Source: Octopus vulgaris
Taxonomy: Eukaryota
Length of the DNA: 64,000 nucleotides
Assembly (NCBI GenBank): GCA_951406725.2
Contig: OX597824.1
Location: forward strand, 80,910,001-80,974,000
Direction: 5' to 3'
A program made the position numbers and the translations under genes. This document shows positions 13,748 to 26,672 of this stretch, in pieces (the stretch's first letter is position 1; every line of letters starts with the position of its first letter). The notes below the pieces were generated by a model that ran no database searches, was not told the DNA's origin, and saw only the letters and a list, made by a program, of their open reading frames with translations.

Positions 13748-14167
13748 TGATATTGCTTTAGAGCTGAGTGGGGACACTAAACTCCCTTGTTTGAAAATAT
13801 AAGGACACAGGTAGTGCGTCGATAACCAGCTGGAAATGATATTGCCCATGGGCTAAATAATACTAACATTAGTCCTACCCAGGACTGCCACATTATAATA
13901 ATCTTTACTCTAAAAACATTTATGCTGTGTTTTATTCTTCAGATTTTCTTTCACTAACTTATCCAGCATGCACCTTTTTTCGGCTTTCTCTTTAGGTATT
14001 TGAGGGTTTTAGTAAACAAATTATATTTCTGTGGAATTTAGTAAGGTAATGACTTCAGTAATGAAAGTATATTACCCTTCGGCACATTATCTGTCATGTT
14101 TCTGTTGACTGATAACATGGTATCTGATTCACTTCAAAGTGTTGAAAAAATAGCTTTTGCTATATAA

Positions 14168-14215
<48 letters not shown>

Positions 14216-14423
14216 AGTGTAGCTGGATGAAATATTTCATTTTTGAAATGAACCACGCCCTTTATAATCATCTATCATCTCTTAAAGCGATCCCTTAACG
14301 ATTTTATTTTTAACTGCACATCAACCACAAGAGGTCGTTTCAGCCATAGTAGCTCTGAACAATTTCAGCTATCAAGTTTTAACTTACAATTGCTTTTACT
14401 GATAAAATCATTAATATTGATAT

Positions 14424-14813
14424 TTGTGGAAGCACTCCGTCGGTTCCGACGACGAGGGTTCCGGTTGATCCGAATCAACGGAACAGCCTGCTCGTGAAAT
14501 TAACGTGTAAGTGGCTGAGCACTCCACAGACACGTGTACCCTTAACGTAGTTCTCGGGGATATTCAGCGTGACACAGAGAGTGACAAGGCCGGCCCTTTG
14601 AAATACAGGTACAACAGAAACAGAAACAAAGAGAGAGAGAAAGTTGTGGTGAAAGAGTACAGCAGGGATCACCACCATCCCCTGCCGGAGCCTCGCGGAG
14701 CTTTTAGGTGTTTTCGCTCAATAAACACACACAACGCCCGGTCTGGGAATCGAAACCGCGATCCTACGACCGTGAGTCCGCTGTCCTAACCACTGGGCCA
14801 TTGCGCCTCCACT
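14424..14813 (-). mobile_element. Family C SINE (tail-1), 10-bp TSD
   Basis: TSD atattgatat at 14414-14423 and 14814-14823. Confidence 0.95.
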
Positions 14814-15379
14814 ATATTGATATATCACTGATTAATTAAAATCATTGCTCCACGTTCAAATAGTCCGAAATCATACTGGAATAAACATAAAAGGAAGTGA
14901 AACCGGTAGAGCGGATAATTTGTTCGGTGCCTGTTTTGATCTGTAGCGTGGACTCCAGCAGATATGTATTCGACGCCCGTCAGCAGTTCAATCATGGTGT
15001 GCACTGCTTCTGTCATAGTTTATGATATAAAATGTTTACCCATATTATTGCTGCAATGTACGTGTATGTATGTATGCATGAGTATGAATGTATGAATGTA
15101 TGTATGGATGTATGCATGTATGTGTGGATGGAGAGATGTAGATATGCATGCATGCACGTACGTATGTATATATGTAAGTATGTATGAATGTAGGTATGTA
15201 TGCATGCATGTATGTATGTATGTATGTATATATATATGTATGAGTATGTATGTATGCAAGCATGCATGTACGTATGTATATATGTATGCATGTATGTTTG
15301 TATATATGCTAATATATATATATATATTGTTTTTGGATTTGGTTTGCAAGATTCTTTATATGAGTTCGTGTGTTGAAGC

Positions 15380-15621
15380 ATATTCTGTTGTGTCTGGGGA
15401 GAGTCATTCTCTTTTAGTGCCTTATTATTTAACACACTCACCGGTAAAATTTCCACTTATTTCTTATTTTTTATTTTCTAAGAGTCAAGACTATTGAAAA
15501 GGTTGCAAGACGCAACGGAAATTTTAGAAAATAAAAAATAAGAAATAAGTGGAAATTCTATCGGTGAGTGTGTTAAATAATATGGCACTAAAAGAGAATG
15601 ACTCTCCCCAGACACAACAGA

Positions 15622-15625
<4 letters not shown>
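15380..15625. repeat. Fold-back element, about 102-bp inverted arms with a hammerhead-like motif in the loop
   Basis: 15380-15481 is the near reverse complement of 15524-15625; flanked by TA-rich microsatellite. Confidence 0.9.
15491..15527 (+). ncRNA. Minimal hammerhead-like motif, U3:A8 core variant
   Basis: CTA TTGAAAA G GTTGC aagac GCAAC GGAAATTT TAG; one substitution from GAA-AATT-T. Confidence 0.5.
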
Positions 15626-15683
<58 letters not shown>

Positions 15684-15802
15684 ATGCATGTATGTATGTG
15701 TGCGTTTATGTATCTATGTATGTATGGATGCATGGTTATAGAATCACTATATATATAGAAGCGTATGTCTTTGCCAGAACGTATTCAATAATATAGCGTG
15801 CT

Positions 15803-16326
15803 AGTGCTAGCATATTAAAATCTGAAGATACAGAAAAATTATATTACATACATATAAGAGGGATGACCACTACATGTACATCCATATGCTAGAAGTAGCA
15901 ATCAAATTTTAGCAAACGCCAGAACGTAAACGAGCAAGACAAATGAAAAGAAACAAAATATAGATTAATCACAAACTAGTTTCGCTATTACCACTTACGT
16001 TATTACTTACGTAATTGTCAGTAGCTCATCAGTGTGATCGTCTTTGCAAATGTAATTTGTAGAACTATACACGAGAATTGTTCAAGAATTTTTCCGTATC
16101 TTCAGATTTTAATATGCTAGACCACTGATTTTAATTTAATATTAATCAAATTGATATTCAAGTTTTCACCCTTCTTATTTTAAATTTAAATTTAAATAAC
16201 TATGTTCTCTAACCGGCAAAATTCACTGCAGAAATTTATTTTCTGCACAATTATTTTCGGTGTAATTGGTAGAACTGTGCACATGTTCAATCTCATGCGG
16301 ACGTTTCATGTATAGTTCTGCAAATT
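15803..16326 (-). mobile_element. Relative of the 518-bp hammerhead element with its second half inverted
   Basis: Shares cagtggtctagcatattaaa, cggttagagaaca and aaatgtaatttg with 22481-22998; 16088-16326 is in the opposite orientation. Confidence 0.75.
15968..16038 (-). ncRNA. Type I hammerhead ribozyme, canonical core
   Basis: Minus strand: ATCACA CTGATGA GCTA..TAGC GAA ACTAGT T TGTGAT; 6-bp helix I, palindromic helix III, GUU site. Confidence 0.85.
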
Positions 16327-16552
16327 GTGAGTGTTTATTGAGCGAAAACACCTAAAAGCTCCACGAGGCTCCGGCAGGGGGTGGTGATCCCTGTTGTACT
16401 CTTTCACCACTCTTTCTCCCACTCTTTCTTCTGTTGACCTGCTCGCTTAACCAGCGGGGTGGCGTCATTCGAAGGCTAAAACAATGCGAACGCATTGTGA
16501 CCAGCGATGTGTAACTACATCTGATGGACTGGTCGGTCACGTGATCACGTGA
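16325..16552 (+). mobile_element. Family C SINE (tail-2), 5'-truncated
   Basis: Matches 25976-26209; ends at (TA)n. Confidence 0.9.
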
Positions 16553-17097
16553 GATATATATATATATATGGGGGGGGGTGTCTGTGTTTGTCCCCTCACC
16601 GATAGAATAAGCACTAGGCCGACAAAGAATAATTCCTTTGGTCGATTTGTTCGACTAAATGCGGTGCTCCAGCATGGCCGCAGTGAAATGACTGAAACAA
16701 TTAAAGGAATACACGAAATAACATATATGTGTGTATATACCTACATGTGTATTACTATAATGTTCGTGCGCTTTTGTGTGCGTTTACGTGTGTTTGTACG
16801 TCCATTTGTGTTGTGTGCGCGTATGTGTATGTGTGTGTGTGTGTGTGCGCGTGTGCATGTTTGTGTGCGTGTATGTGGTATGTGTGAGTGAACGTGCGTG
16901 TTAGTAACCACGAGCTTTGTTGCAATCGTTGAAAAAGATCATTGAATTGATGGCATTTTGAATCTGACAATAGATTCTTTTAAACGAATCACAATCTTTT
17001 AAGAGTGTGTTGGAAGTATGTGTATATAAGTACGAATGTGCAACGAATGCACGTATTTGTGTGTATCTACACACATACACACACACACGCGCGCATA

Positions 17098-17187
<90 letters not shown>

Positions 17188-17249
17188 CGATTATTACGAA
17201 TTAGAGTAACACTACCTTAACACTGACTTATATATATATACATATATAT

Positions 17250-17310
<61 letters not shown>

Positions 17311-17311
17311 A

Positions 17312-17375
<64 letters not shown>

Positions 17376-18016
17376 AATTATCTTTGTATGCTCGTGGATG
17401 TGTCCGGGTTAATCATACACACACACACACACACACATACACATACAAACGCAAGCACATATACATGGTTAAAAAGAACACTTATTAAGAGAAAGACAGT
17501 CAGAGGTGAGTGAAAGGGAGAGGATTGTACGGACGTGTGTCATGTGTGCGCGTGTGTGTGTGTGTGTTTGTGTGAGTGTGTGTGTGTATCTTTGTGTGTG
17601 TGTGTGTGTAAACCTGTTTGCCTTATAAGCCTAGTAACATTTTCCCGAAATGTCAAAATGCGAAACGAGTTGGTAAGATCACAAAGATATGTCAAAATGT
17701 GATAAAAGCCTTTCGGCTTAATTTGTTCCCCTTGTATGCGGAGCCATCGTTTTAAACAAAACTTCAATTTTTATCTACTTTGTTTTTTTGGAGGTGGGAG
17801 GGTTGGGGGAGGATCTGGGGGTCATATTTTTGCATCTACTAATTGTATATATATATAGTTATATGAACGTATATACACGCATATGTAAATATGTATGTAT
17901 GTATGCATCTACCAATCCATGCATCCATCCATCCATCCATCTATCTATCTGTCTAACTGTATGTCTGTCGGTCTAATCTATCTGTCTGTCTGTCTGTCTG
18001 TCTGTCTGTCAGTCTT

Positions 18017-18079
<63 letters not shown>

Positions 18080-18114
18080 GTCTCTATCTATCTGTTTATC
18101 TATCTATCTATCTG

Positions 18115-18182
<68 letters not shown>

Positions 18183-18448
18183 ATTTTCTCTTATATGCCT
18201 TATCTGTTTATGTATATTTTGAAGATATAGGTAAGATGACAGTATACGTAATGTGATCTTTTCAGAGCCAGAGCATTCTCTACGACCACTAGAATTTTAC
18301 CATTATACTGTGAGTTTCTATTCAATAGATTATCGTCCTTTCAACGGCGAAAGGGACACACAGAGGTTGCTTTCTTTCGTTCCCCTACTTCAAATTGTAT
18401 AGATTCATATACCTGTGGTTTTCAAACCATAAGGAAATAAATAATATT

Positions 18449-18850
18449 CTTTTCTTCTCTAGGCACAAGGCCCGAAAATTTGGGCGAGGGGGAAGGTCGA
18501 TTAGATCGACCCCAGTACGCAACTGGTACTTAATGTATCGACCCCGAAAGGATGAAATTCTAAGTCAACCTCAGCGGAATTTGAACTTAGAAAGTAAAGA
18601 CAGGCGAAATACCTATTTCTTTACTACCCACAAGGGGCTAAACACAAAGAGGACAAACAAGGACAGACAAACGGATTTAAGTCGATTGTATCGACCCCAG
18701 TGCGTAACTGGTACTTATTTAACCGACCCCGAAAGGATGAAAGGCAAAAGTCGACCTCGGTGGAATTTGAACTCAGAACGTAAAGACAGACGAAATACCA
18801 CTAAGCATTTTACCCGGCGTGCTAATGATTCTGCCAGATCGCCACCTTAC
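18449..18850 (-). mobile_element. Family A SINE dimer within one TSD
   Basis: TSD ggaaata(a/g)ataatatt at 18433-18448 and 18851-18866; internal junction cgaaatac|ctatttcttt near 18612. Confidence 0.9.
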
Positions 18851-20327
18851 GGAAATAGATAATATTAAATCAATGATGAAGGCGGGTAACTGGGAGAATC
18901 GTTAGCAAACCACGCAAAATGCTCGGCGGCATTTCGTCTCTCTTCACGTTCTGAGTTCATATTCCACTGAGGTCGACTTTGCCTATCATCCCTTCGGGAT
19001 AGATAAAACTAGAGCCAGTTGATTACTGGGGTCGATGTAACTGACAAAATCACTAGCCTTGTACAAAAATTTTAAATCAAAATTACATCATTATGTGGTC
19101 TTAGAGTCAGATCCTGGCTGCTATTGTCAGCATGGCGGTATCTCGTAGATTCCCTAAGTTATAATTTTAATAATTATTATCATCTTTGAAGGTTCTTATT
19201 TCCATGCTGGCCACTTCATAAGATCGTTATTTAATTTAAATCAACGATCTTATCCTTATTTATGTATATATATATATATATCCCACAGGCTTCTTTTAGT
19301 TTCTGTGTATCAAATCCACTCACAAGGCTTTAATCGGCTGGAGGATGAAGTAGAATACACTTGGACAAGGTGCCATGCAATGGGACTGAGCCCCGGACCA
19401 TGTGGTTGGGAAGCAAGCTTCTTACCACACAGCCACGCCTGCTCTTTCATCAGTTTCACCCAGTCACCAATGGCCACACTGTAGCATTACATTCAACGGC
19501 TTATGCTATTGGCACGCTAATTTAATAATTTTTTTCCAGAATCTATTTATTTTTCTTCGTTTGTACTTAGAAAGTTTAAAATATTTTTCGTTTCTAAAAA
19601 GAAAATTTAACTTGGATCGTATTTGAAACGGGGAATGATTTAAATAATGCAAGGAAATTCCACAGCGATATATATTCCATTTGTTTAGCAATTCTTCAGT
19701 CTGCTGAGGCATTCTTTATTGTGAATACGTATATTTTTTCGCATTCTTTCCATGTTTACATTAGATTTATTGTTTTAAATGAGATTTGAGAAAAATCTTT
19801 TAATGTCTGTCTTCGAAATATTGCCACATGTCTAAAATCAAAGTTGAAATCAAGTCGTTGTTTACTTCTGGGTTTTAACAGACACCAGACATGTCATTGC
19901 ATTGAATAATAAGGTCCTGCATTATAGACTCTTGGCTAATGCTGTGGATTACTTCATTCGGGATTACAACAACAGTAACAACAACAACAACAACAACAAC
20001 AACAAGAGGAAGAACAGCAGCTGATCAAAAATAAAGAATGCAAAATAAAACCTAACGTCGACGCGATCATCGGGAAAGACAATGATGATGGCGTCTCTGG
20101 CGATGTTGAATGAGGATTATGGTGGTTCTGGTGAAAATAATGGTGTAGGGGAGAAGGGGGGAGGAGGGGGGAGAAGGGGATCAGGAGTAGGAAGAAGAGT
20201 CTCGAAAGACGATGGGATTTGAGGGTGGGAAACGAGAAAGTTGAACGACAGAGTAGAACGAGAGTGGAAATGGAGAGATGAAGAAGAAGGGAGCAGGGGA
20301 GAAGAGAAAGGGAGAATAATAATAATG

Positions 20328-20361
<34 letters not shown>

Positions 20362-20373
20362 TGATGATGGTGG

Positions 20374-20419
<46 letters not shown>

Positions 20420-20608
20420 GTTGATGATTTCAAATTTTGGTGCAAGGTCAACTTGGTGGAGGGTACTAAGTCGATTATATCGACCCCAGTGCGTAACTGG
20501 TACTTAATTTATCGACCCCGAAAGGATGAAAGACAAAGTCGACCCCGGCGGAATTTGAACTCAGCATTTCTTCCAGCGTGCTAACGATGCCAGCTCACCG
20601 ACTTAATG

Positions 20609-20700
<92 letters not shown>

Positions 20701-21384
20701 CAATAATTAATTATATGAAAAAGGGAAGGCTACATTAATATGAGGATAAGTTACAAGCAATTAGAAGCGACCCACAATAATTGACTGTCACTCGTTTAAA
20801 GACCCCGGGAAAGATCAAAGGCATGGATGACTCCCCAGTGGGATTTGAAAAGATAAAACATGAAAGATCGATCGCACCACTCCAATAATTGAATTAATAT
20901 AAAATTGAAGATTAATTAGCTAAATATTAAAATAAATGTAAATAAATATATCGTTTCGTCATTTGAGGTAATGAAATAGTGTCTTCCTTAAAATCCCTCT
21001 CTTGTTTTTATTTGTCTGTTATAGTAGTGGTGGTGGTGGTGGTGGTGGTGGTGGTGGTGGTGGTGATGGTAGTAGTAGTAGTAGTAGTAGTAGTAGAAGT
21101 AGAAGTAGTAGTAGTAGTTCTGGTTGCTGTTTAGCACTAAACTCTTCTATAGTAAACCAATGATTAATGACGTTTCACCCGTGGCCATCCCGTATTTAGT
21201 CATTCTTTTCACTATACTCTGCTGAAACTGTGTACAGGCCGGATGCTTTTGCAGTTCGCTCACCCTCCAGCCGTCCCATTCTTGGTGTTCTTAAGCATTT
21301 GTTGCCTACGAGTCACTTTGATTCTTATTATACTCAACTGGACCCCAATGTTAAAAAAAAAAAGAGGAAAGATCCTATTATATT

Positions 21385-21546
21385 AGGTACAGGAGTGGCT
21401 GTGTGGTAAGAAACCTGCTTCCCAACCACATGGTTCCGGGTTCAGTCCCACTGCGTGGCATCTTGGGCAAGTGTCGTCTGCTATAGCTTCAGGCCGACCA
21501 AAGCCTTGTGAGTAGATTTGGTAAAGGGAAACTGAAAGAAGCCGGT

Positions 21547-21621
<75 letters not shown>

Positions 21622-21835
21622 GTATATATGTATGCATTTGTTATTTGTGTCTTTGTTTGTTCCCCATCATCGCTTGACAATCGATGTTGGTGTGTTTGCA
21701 TCTCCGTAACTTAGCGGTTCGGCAAAAATAGACCGATAGAATAAGTACTAGGCTTACGAAGACTAAGTCCTCGGGTCAATTTCTTCGACTAAAGGCGGTG
21801 CTCCAGCATGGCCGCAGTCAAATGACTGGAACAAA
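21385..21835 (+). mobile_element. Family B SINE, full length
   Basis: Colinear with 4923-5340. Confidence 0.9.
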
Positions 21836-21843
21836 TGACGCAA

Positions 21844-21931
<88 letters not shown>

Positions 21932-22430
21932 GTACTGAGGCAGACAAACAGACAGAGAAAATGAGAGAAAGGGACCTATTACGTATCACTGTCAAGGAAA
22001 TATTCTCATTATATCTAACTGGAACTAAATGAATATTTCGTCATGTTTTGAAATAATTTAAGTAGAAATCTCTTGAGAGGATTTAACTGACATCAATATG
22101 TAAGTATATAGCTCACACTATACACTTAGTTCAAACATTTCTAAATGGCAACAAGCTGTTATTTATTTTACTATTCGTCGCCATCACGGCATTAGTTCCA
22201 AGCTGTCGACGAAAATAATCACGTGGTACTGTGAAATGTTGTCGATGCATTTTGCAAGAGGTGTATATATATATATATATATATATAAGTGTGCATGTAT
22301 GTGTGTATGTGTGTGTACATGTGTACGTGTGCACACATATATATACATGTATATATACATATACATATACATGTATATATACATATACATATATATATAC
22401 ATATATCTATATATATACATAAATATATAC

Positions 22431-22485
<55 letters not shown>

Positions 22486-22637
22486 AATTAAGGACTGAAC
22501 ACGAAAAAGTGGACAGTCAACATGCTAGATATAGACGTCAAATCGCCATTCTCCACAAAAAGTCTATGTTCTCAGATCAAACTCAACACAAAACCAAAAC
22601 AATAAACAAGTGAAAAATATACGAAATAAATATTTAC

Positions 22638-22703
22638 CCATGTACTAAATTTAGTTTCGGCTGTTATTTTCCGCAAGGAAAAGTGCAGCCATCATCAGCA
22701 TGG
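22638..22703 (-). ncRNA. Type I hammerhead ribozyme, copy 1
   Basis: Minus strand: CCATG CTGATGA T GGCTG cac TTTTCC ttgc GGAAAA taa CAGCC GAA ACTAAATTTAGT A CATGG; GUA site. Confidence 0.9.
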
Positions 22704-23155
22704 TCCCATATAAAATGTAATTTGCTATACTAAATGCCAACACGATACCGAAATATCGCGTGCATGGAGTACGGCCTATTACATTTGAAATATATATTTC
22801 AAATGTCTCTAATTTTGGCGCGATGAGACCCGAGAAAACTAGCCTGCAGCTAATAGTTAGCAGCAGTTAATTTATCGGTTAGAGAACAAATATTTATATA
22901 AAATTAAAATTAAATTTAGGGTAAAAATTGATATTTATCAATTAGAACCAGTGGTCTAGCATATTAAAGAAAGAATCCGAAGATTAAAATATTTATATAT
23001 ACCAATTAAGGACTGAACACGAAAAAGTGGACTGTCAACATGCTAGATATAGACGTCAAATCGCCATTCTCCACAAAAAGTCTATGTTCTCAGATCAAAC
23101 TCAACACAAAACCAAAACAATAAACAAGTGAAAGATATACGAAATAAATATTTAC

Positions 23156-23221
23156 CCATGTACTAAATTTAGTTTCGGCTGTTATTTTCCGCAAGGAAAA
23201 GTGCAGCCATCATCAGCATGG
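23156..23221 (-). ncRNA. Type I hammerhead ribozyme, copy 2
   Basis: Identical to 22638-22703, 518 nt away on the same strand. Confidence 0.9.
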
Positions 23222-23442
23222 TCCCATATAAAATGTAATTTGCTATACTAAATGCCAACACGATACCGAAATATCCCGTGCATGGAGTACGGCCTATTAC
23301 ATTTGAAATATATATTTCAAATGTCTCTAATTTTGGCGCGATGAGACCCGAGAAAACTAGCCTGCAGCTAATAGTTAGCAGCAGTTAATTTATCGGTTAG
23401 AGAACAAATATTTATATAAAATTAAATTTTATATATATATAT

Positions 23443-23480
<38 letters not shown>

Positions 23481-23482
<2 letters not shown>

Positions 23483-23581
23483 TTATTTTATAGAAGGAGT
23501 TTACAGGACTAGAACTGTTTCATTCAAATCATTTGAATGAAACAGTTCTAGTCCTGTAGAAGCTCCTTCTATAAAATAAAT
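23481..23581. repeat. About 100-bp near-perfect palindrome containing a hammerhead-like 3' half
   Basis: Centre at 23530 (caaat c atttg); right arm reads GAAAC AGTTCTA GTC CTGTA; associated sequence continues to about 23650. Confidence 0.85.
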
Positions 23582-23646
23582 TAATTTACTCTGCTATGTA
23601 TTGAGTACCTTATTTACTGTGGTTAACCCCGACTCAACCCGGGACC

Positions 23647-23690
<44 letters not shown>

Positions 23691-23732
23691 TATACATAAA
23701 TATATACATAAATCTATTTGTATATATATATA

Positions 23733-24186
23733 TACAAACTACAGTAGCATCCACCCTTAGGGGTTAGCCATATTCAAATGGCAAATATGCGTCACAATGT
23801 GTTACCGCTACTGTTTATAACTCGCTCTGAGATTTATCATTGTTTGATTTCACTTTTTCAATATCAGTGTCAATCGACACTGGAAAAAGTATATGTATTT
23901 GTGAAGGGAGCTGACTTCTCGTCGACAACTGTGATTGTCACACGCTGATGATAGGTAAACACCTTGAAACTCGAGTACGTGTGTATCATAAGTTGAAGAC
24001 GGGAAGGATGACTTCCTTCACAAATACTGATAGGGCACAGATAGTGTGTCTATAGCCAGCTGGAGGAGATATCTTCCTGGGGCTACAAACTACAGTAGCA
24101 TCCACCCTTAGGGGTTAGCCAAATGGCAAATATGCTTCACGATGTGTTACCGCTACTGTTTATAACTCGCTCTGAGATTTATCATT
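23733..24186 (+). mobile_element. Retrozyme-like element, 351-bp unit, about 1.3 copies, inside (TA)n
   Basis: Direct repeat 23733-23841 / 24084-24186; hammerhead at the tip of rod-like stem 23895-24027. Confidence 0.85.
23939..23983 (+). ncRNA. Minimal type I hammerhead ribozyme
   Basis: CACACG CTGATGA T AGGT aaac ACCT T GAA ACTCGAGT A CGTGTG; predicted cleavage after 23977. Confidence 0.9.
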
Positions 24187-24285
24187 ATATATATATATAT
24201 ACATGTACATATATATACATATATATATATATATACATACATACATATATATATATATACATGTATATATGGTTTTATCTCTAAT

Positions 24286-24320
<35 letters not shown>

Positions 24321-24814
24321 CGATATACATATATACATATATATACACATACATACAATATGCATATATATATAAGCACACGTGTACAAACACACGCACG
24401 CACGCATACGTGCACGCACACGCGGACACACGTACCAAACACTCATACACACAAACAGACATGCACTCACACATATATGTAGCTTGTTCGGCAGACAGAT
24501 ACATAGCAATATCATATTAATTAATTAGTTCAGGTTAAAAAGTTCGCCCTGATATGCAAATTAAGCAGATCTTTCACCATTATGTCTGTGTCGGTGCAAA
24601 CTACAAATAACACTGAACTTATTTTTGCACGTGAACAGGAAATGCGTAACTGACTCTGATTAGCACTATTAAACATAGAAACCTGGGTGAACGCTGACGT
24701 CTTCTATCCACAAAATCGTGGCTTTAACACTGATAGTAATTTTCACAGCAAGGACGCTTGCACGACACAAGTTCATTTACTTAATTACACTAAGGAAGTG
24801 GCATATGTCTGTGT

Positions 24815-24865
<51 letters not shown>

Positions 24866-24866
<1 letters not shown>

Positions 24867-25166
24867 TAGCAGTATCGCCCGGTGTTGCTCGGGTTTGTAA
24901 GGGAAATAACTATATAAGCATTTTCAGATAGTTACTTCCCTTATATAATAGCAAAAAATTGCATTAAAAATGGGAAAAAATGATGGTAAATTTTTTAAAA
25001 ATCGGAGACTCATCGTAGACGCGAGCTAATACCCAGAAGGGCTCGATATGAATCACGACTATAAGATATCTGCTTTTGGTTAAACTGCACCGCAAAATGT
25101 GGGAGTAGTTAGGAATCTAATCGTAGGAGACAGACACTCACACAACTTCACTTTTATATATAAAGA
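24866..25166 (-). mobile_element. Non-autonomous Helitron
   Basis: Minus strand begins TC and ends CTAG with subterminal hairpin cccgagcaacaccggg; sits between A and T; second copy at 42567. Confidence 0.8.
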
Positions 25167-25224
25167 TATATATATACGGAAAAAGTCAAGATAGAAAATG
25201 CTAAAATAATTTTATAAAAAAACA

Positions 25225-25266
25225 TTTCAATACCGGTTTCAGACATTAAGACTTTTTCAACTGCAA
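25225..25266 (-). ncRNA. Minimal hammerhead-like motif, U3:A8 core variant
   Basis: Minus strand: TTGCAG TTGAAAA AGTC ttaat GTCT GAA ACCGGT A TTGAAA; palindromic helix III, GUA site. Confidence 0.55.
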
Positions 25267-25730
25267 GTATGGAAAATAATTAAATTTAGAAAAATCAAAA
25301 GAAACGTTTTTTAAAAACAATATTTGTATAGTGTTCAAATACAAGTGACATTTTCCTTGTTTCTGCTTGTCTCTGTCTCTCTTGTTTATTCTTGTGGGTT
25401 AGAGTACATACACACATATATATATATATACATGTGAATGCGTGTATGTACACTTACATACATGCCTGCACACATATGTATACACCGACACACGTCGTTT
25501 AACAGAATTAGTTTATTTCTCCAGTATTAAAGGTTTCCTTCAATATATAAATAAATGAATTTTAAAAAAAATACCTGTATTTATTGCATCTCAATTTGGA
25601 AGTACGGATAACTCAGTACCATGTGTTGACTGTCTCTGTACCCGTCTTTCTGTGCATCTGTCTCTCTGCCTTCTCACTTCCTCCTCCTCCGTCTCTCTGT
25701 CTCTCGTTCTTTCTTTCTGTATATATATAA

Positions 25731-26209
<479 letters not shown>

Positions 26210-26519
26210 ATATATATAGATATATGTAGTTGAAAATTGATTCGAGATCTATACAAATCAGATTTTTATTCATAAAAGATGGAGATGGAAATAGCATAGA
26301 TGTATGTCTAAGACATTTCAATTTAAGAGGGAATTTGGTAAAAGAATTTCTATAAAGAAAATATACCCGGTTTCAATTTATAAAAATTTGAAGTAAAAAC
26401 AGCTAATCTTCTGACTGAGGGTCAAGAACATGCTCTTGACCCCACCCACCAGACAGAAGATAAACACTTCCATCTGATATATATATATATATACATACGT
26501 ACATATAAGATATGTATGT

Positions 26520-26672
26520 ATTCTCTCTGTTTATTTTCTCTTATTTCTTTCCGCTGATGAGCGTAGACTCGAAACTTAAAAGACTTTTCATGTTTCCGAG
26601 CGTCAAGCTAATACATCTTCTTGTTGTTCATACACCTGTCTTCGTCTTTTGCTTTTCTTTAAAATTTCAACT
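26520..26672 (+). mobile_element. Short interspersed family E copy with hammerhead-like core
   Basis: tctttccgCTGATGAgcgtagactcGAAACttaaaaga; homologous to 37856, 38514 and 41595. Confidence 0.7.

Larger units (their letters stand above)
13001..13914 (+). mobile_element. Hammerhead-bearing small element: about 357-bp monomer plus partial repeat and inverted 5' piece, interrupted by a SINE
   Basis: Diverged direct repeat 13101-13168 / 13853-13914; inverted arm 13001-13092 vs 13133-13224; homologous to 23733-24186. Confidence 0.7.
22481..23428 (-). mobile_element. Retrozyme-like tandem repeat, 518-bp unit, about 1.8 copies, inside (TA)n
   Basis: Unit starts ataccaattaagg at 22481 and 22999; only 3 substitutions seen over the about 430 bp overlap; one intact hammerhead per unit. 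Confidence 0.85.

Noticed and set aside
14954-15003. 50-nt exon between ctgtag and gtgtgc
   Set aside because: Weak donor site, no recognisable peptide and no partner exons identified
23755-23768. Telomeric repeat ttaggggttag
   Set aside because: Under two imperfect units; part of the 351-bp element
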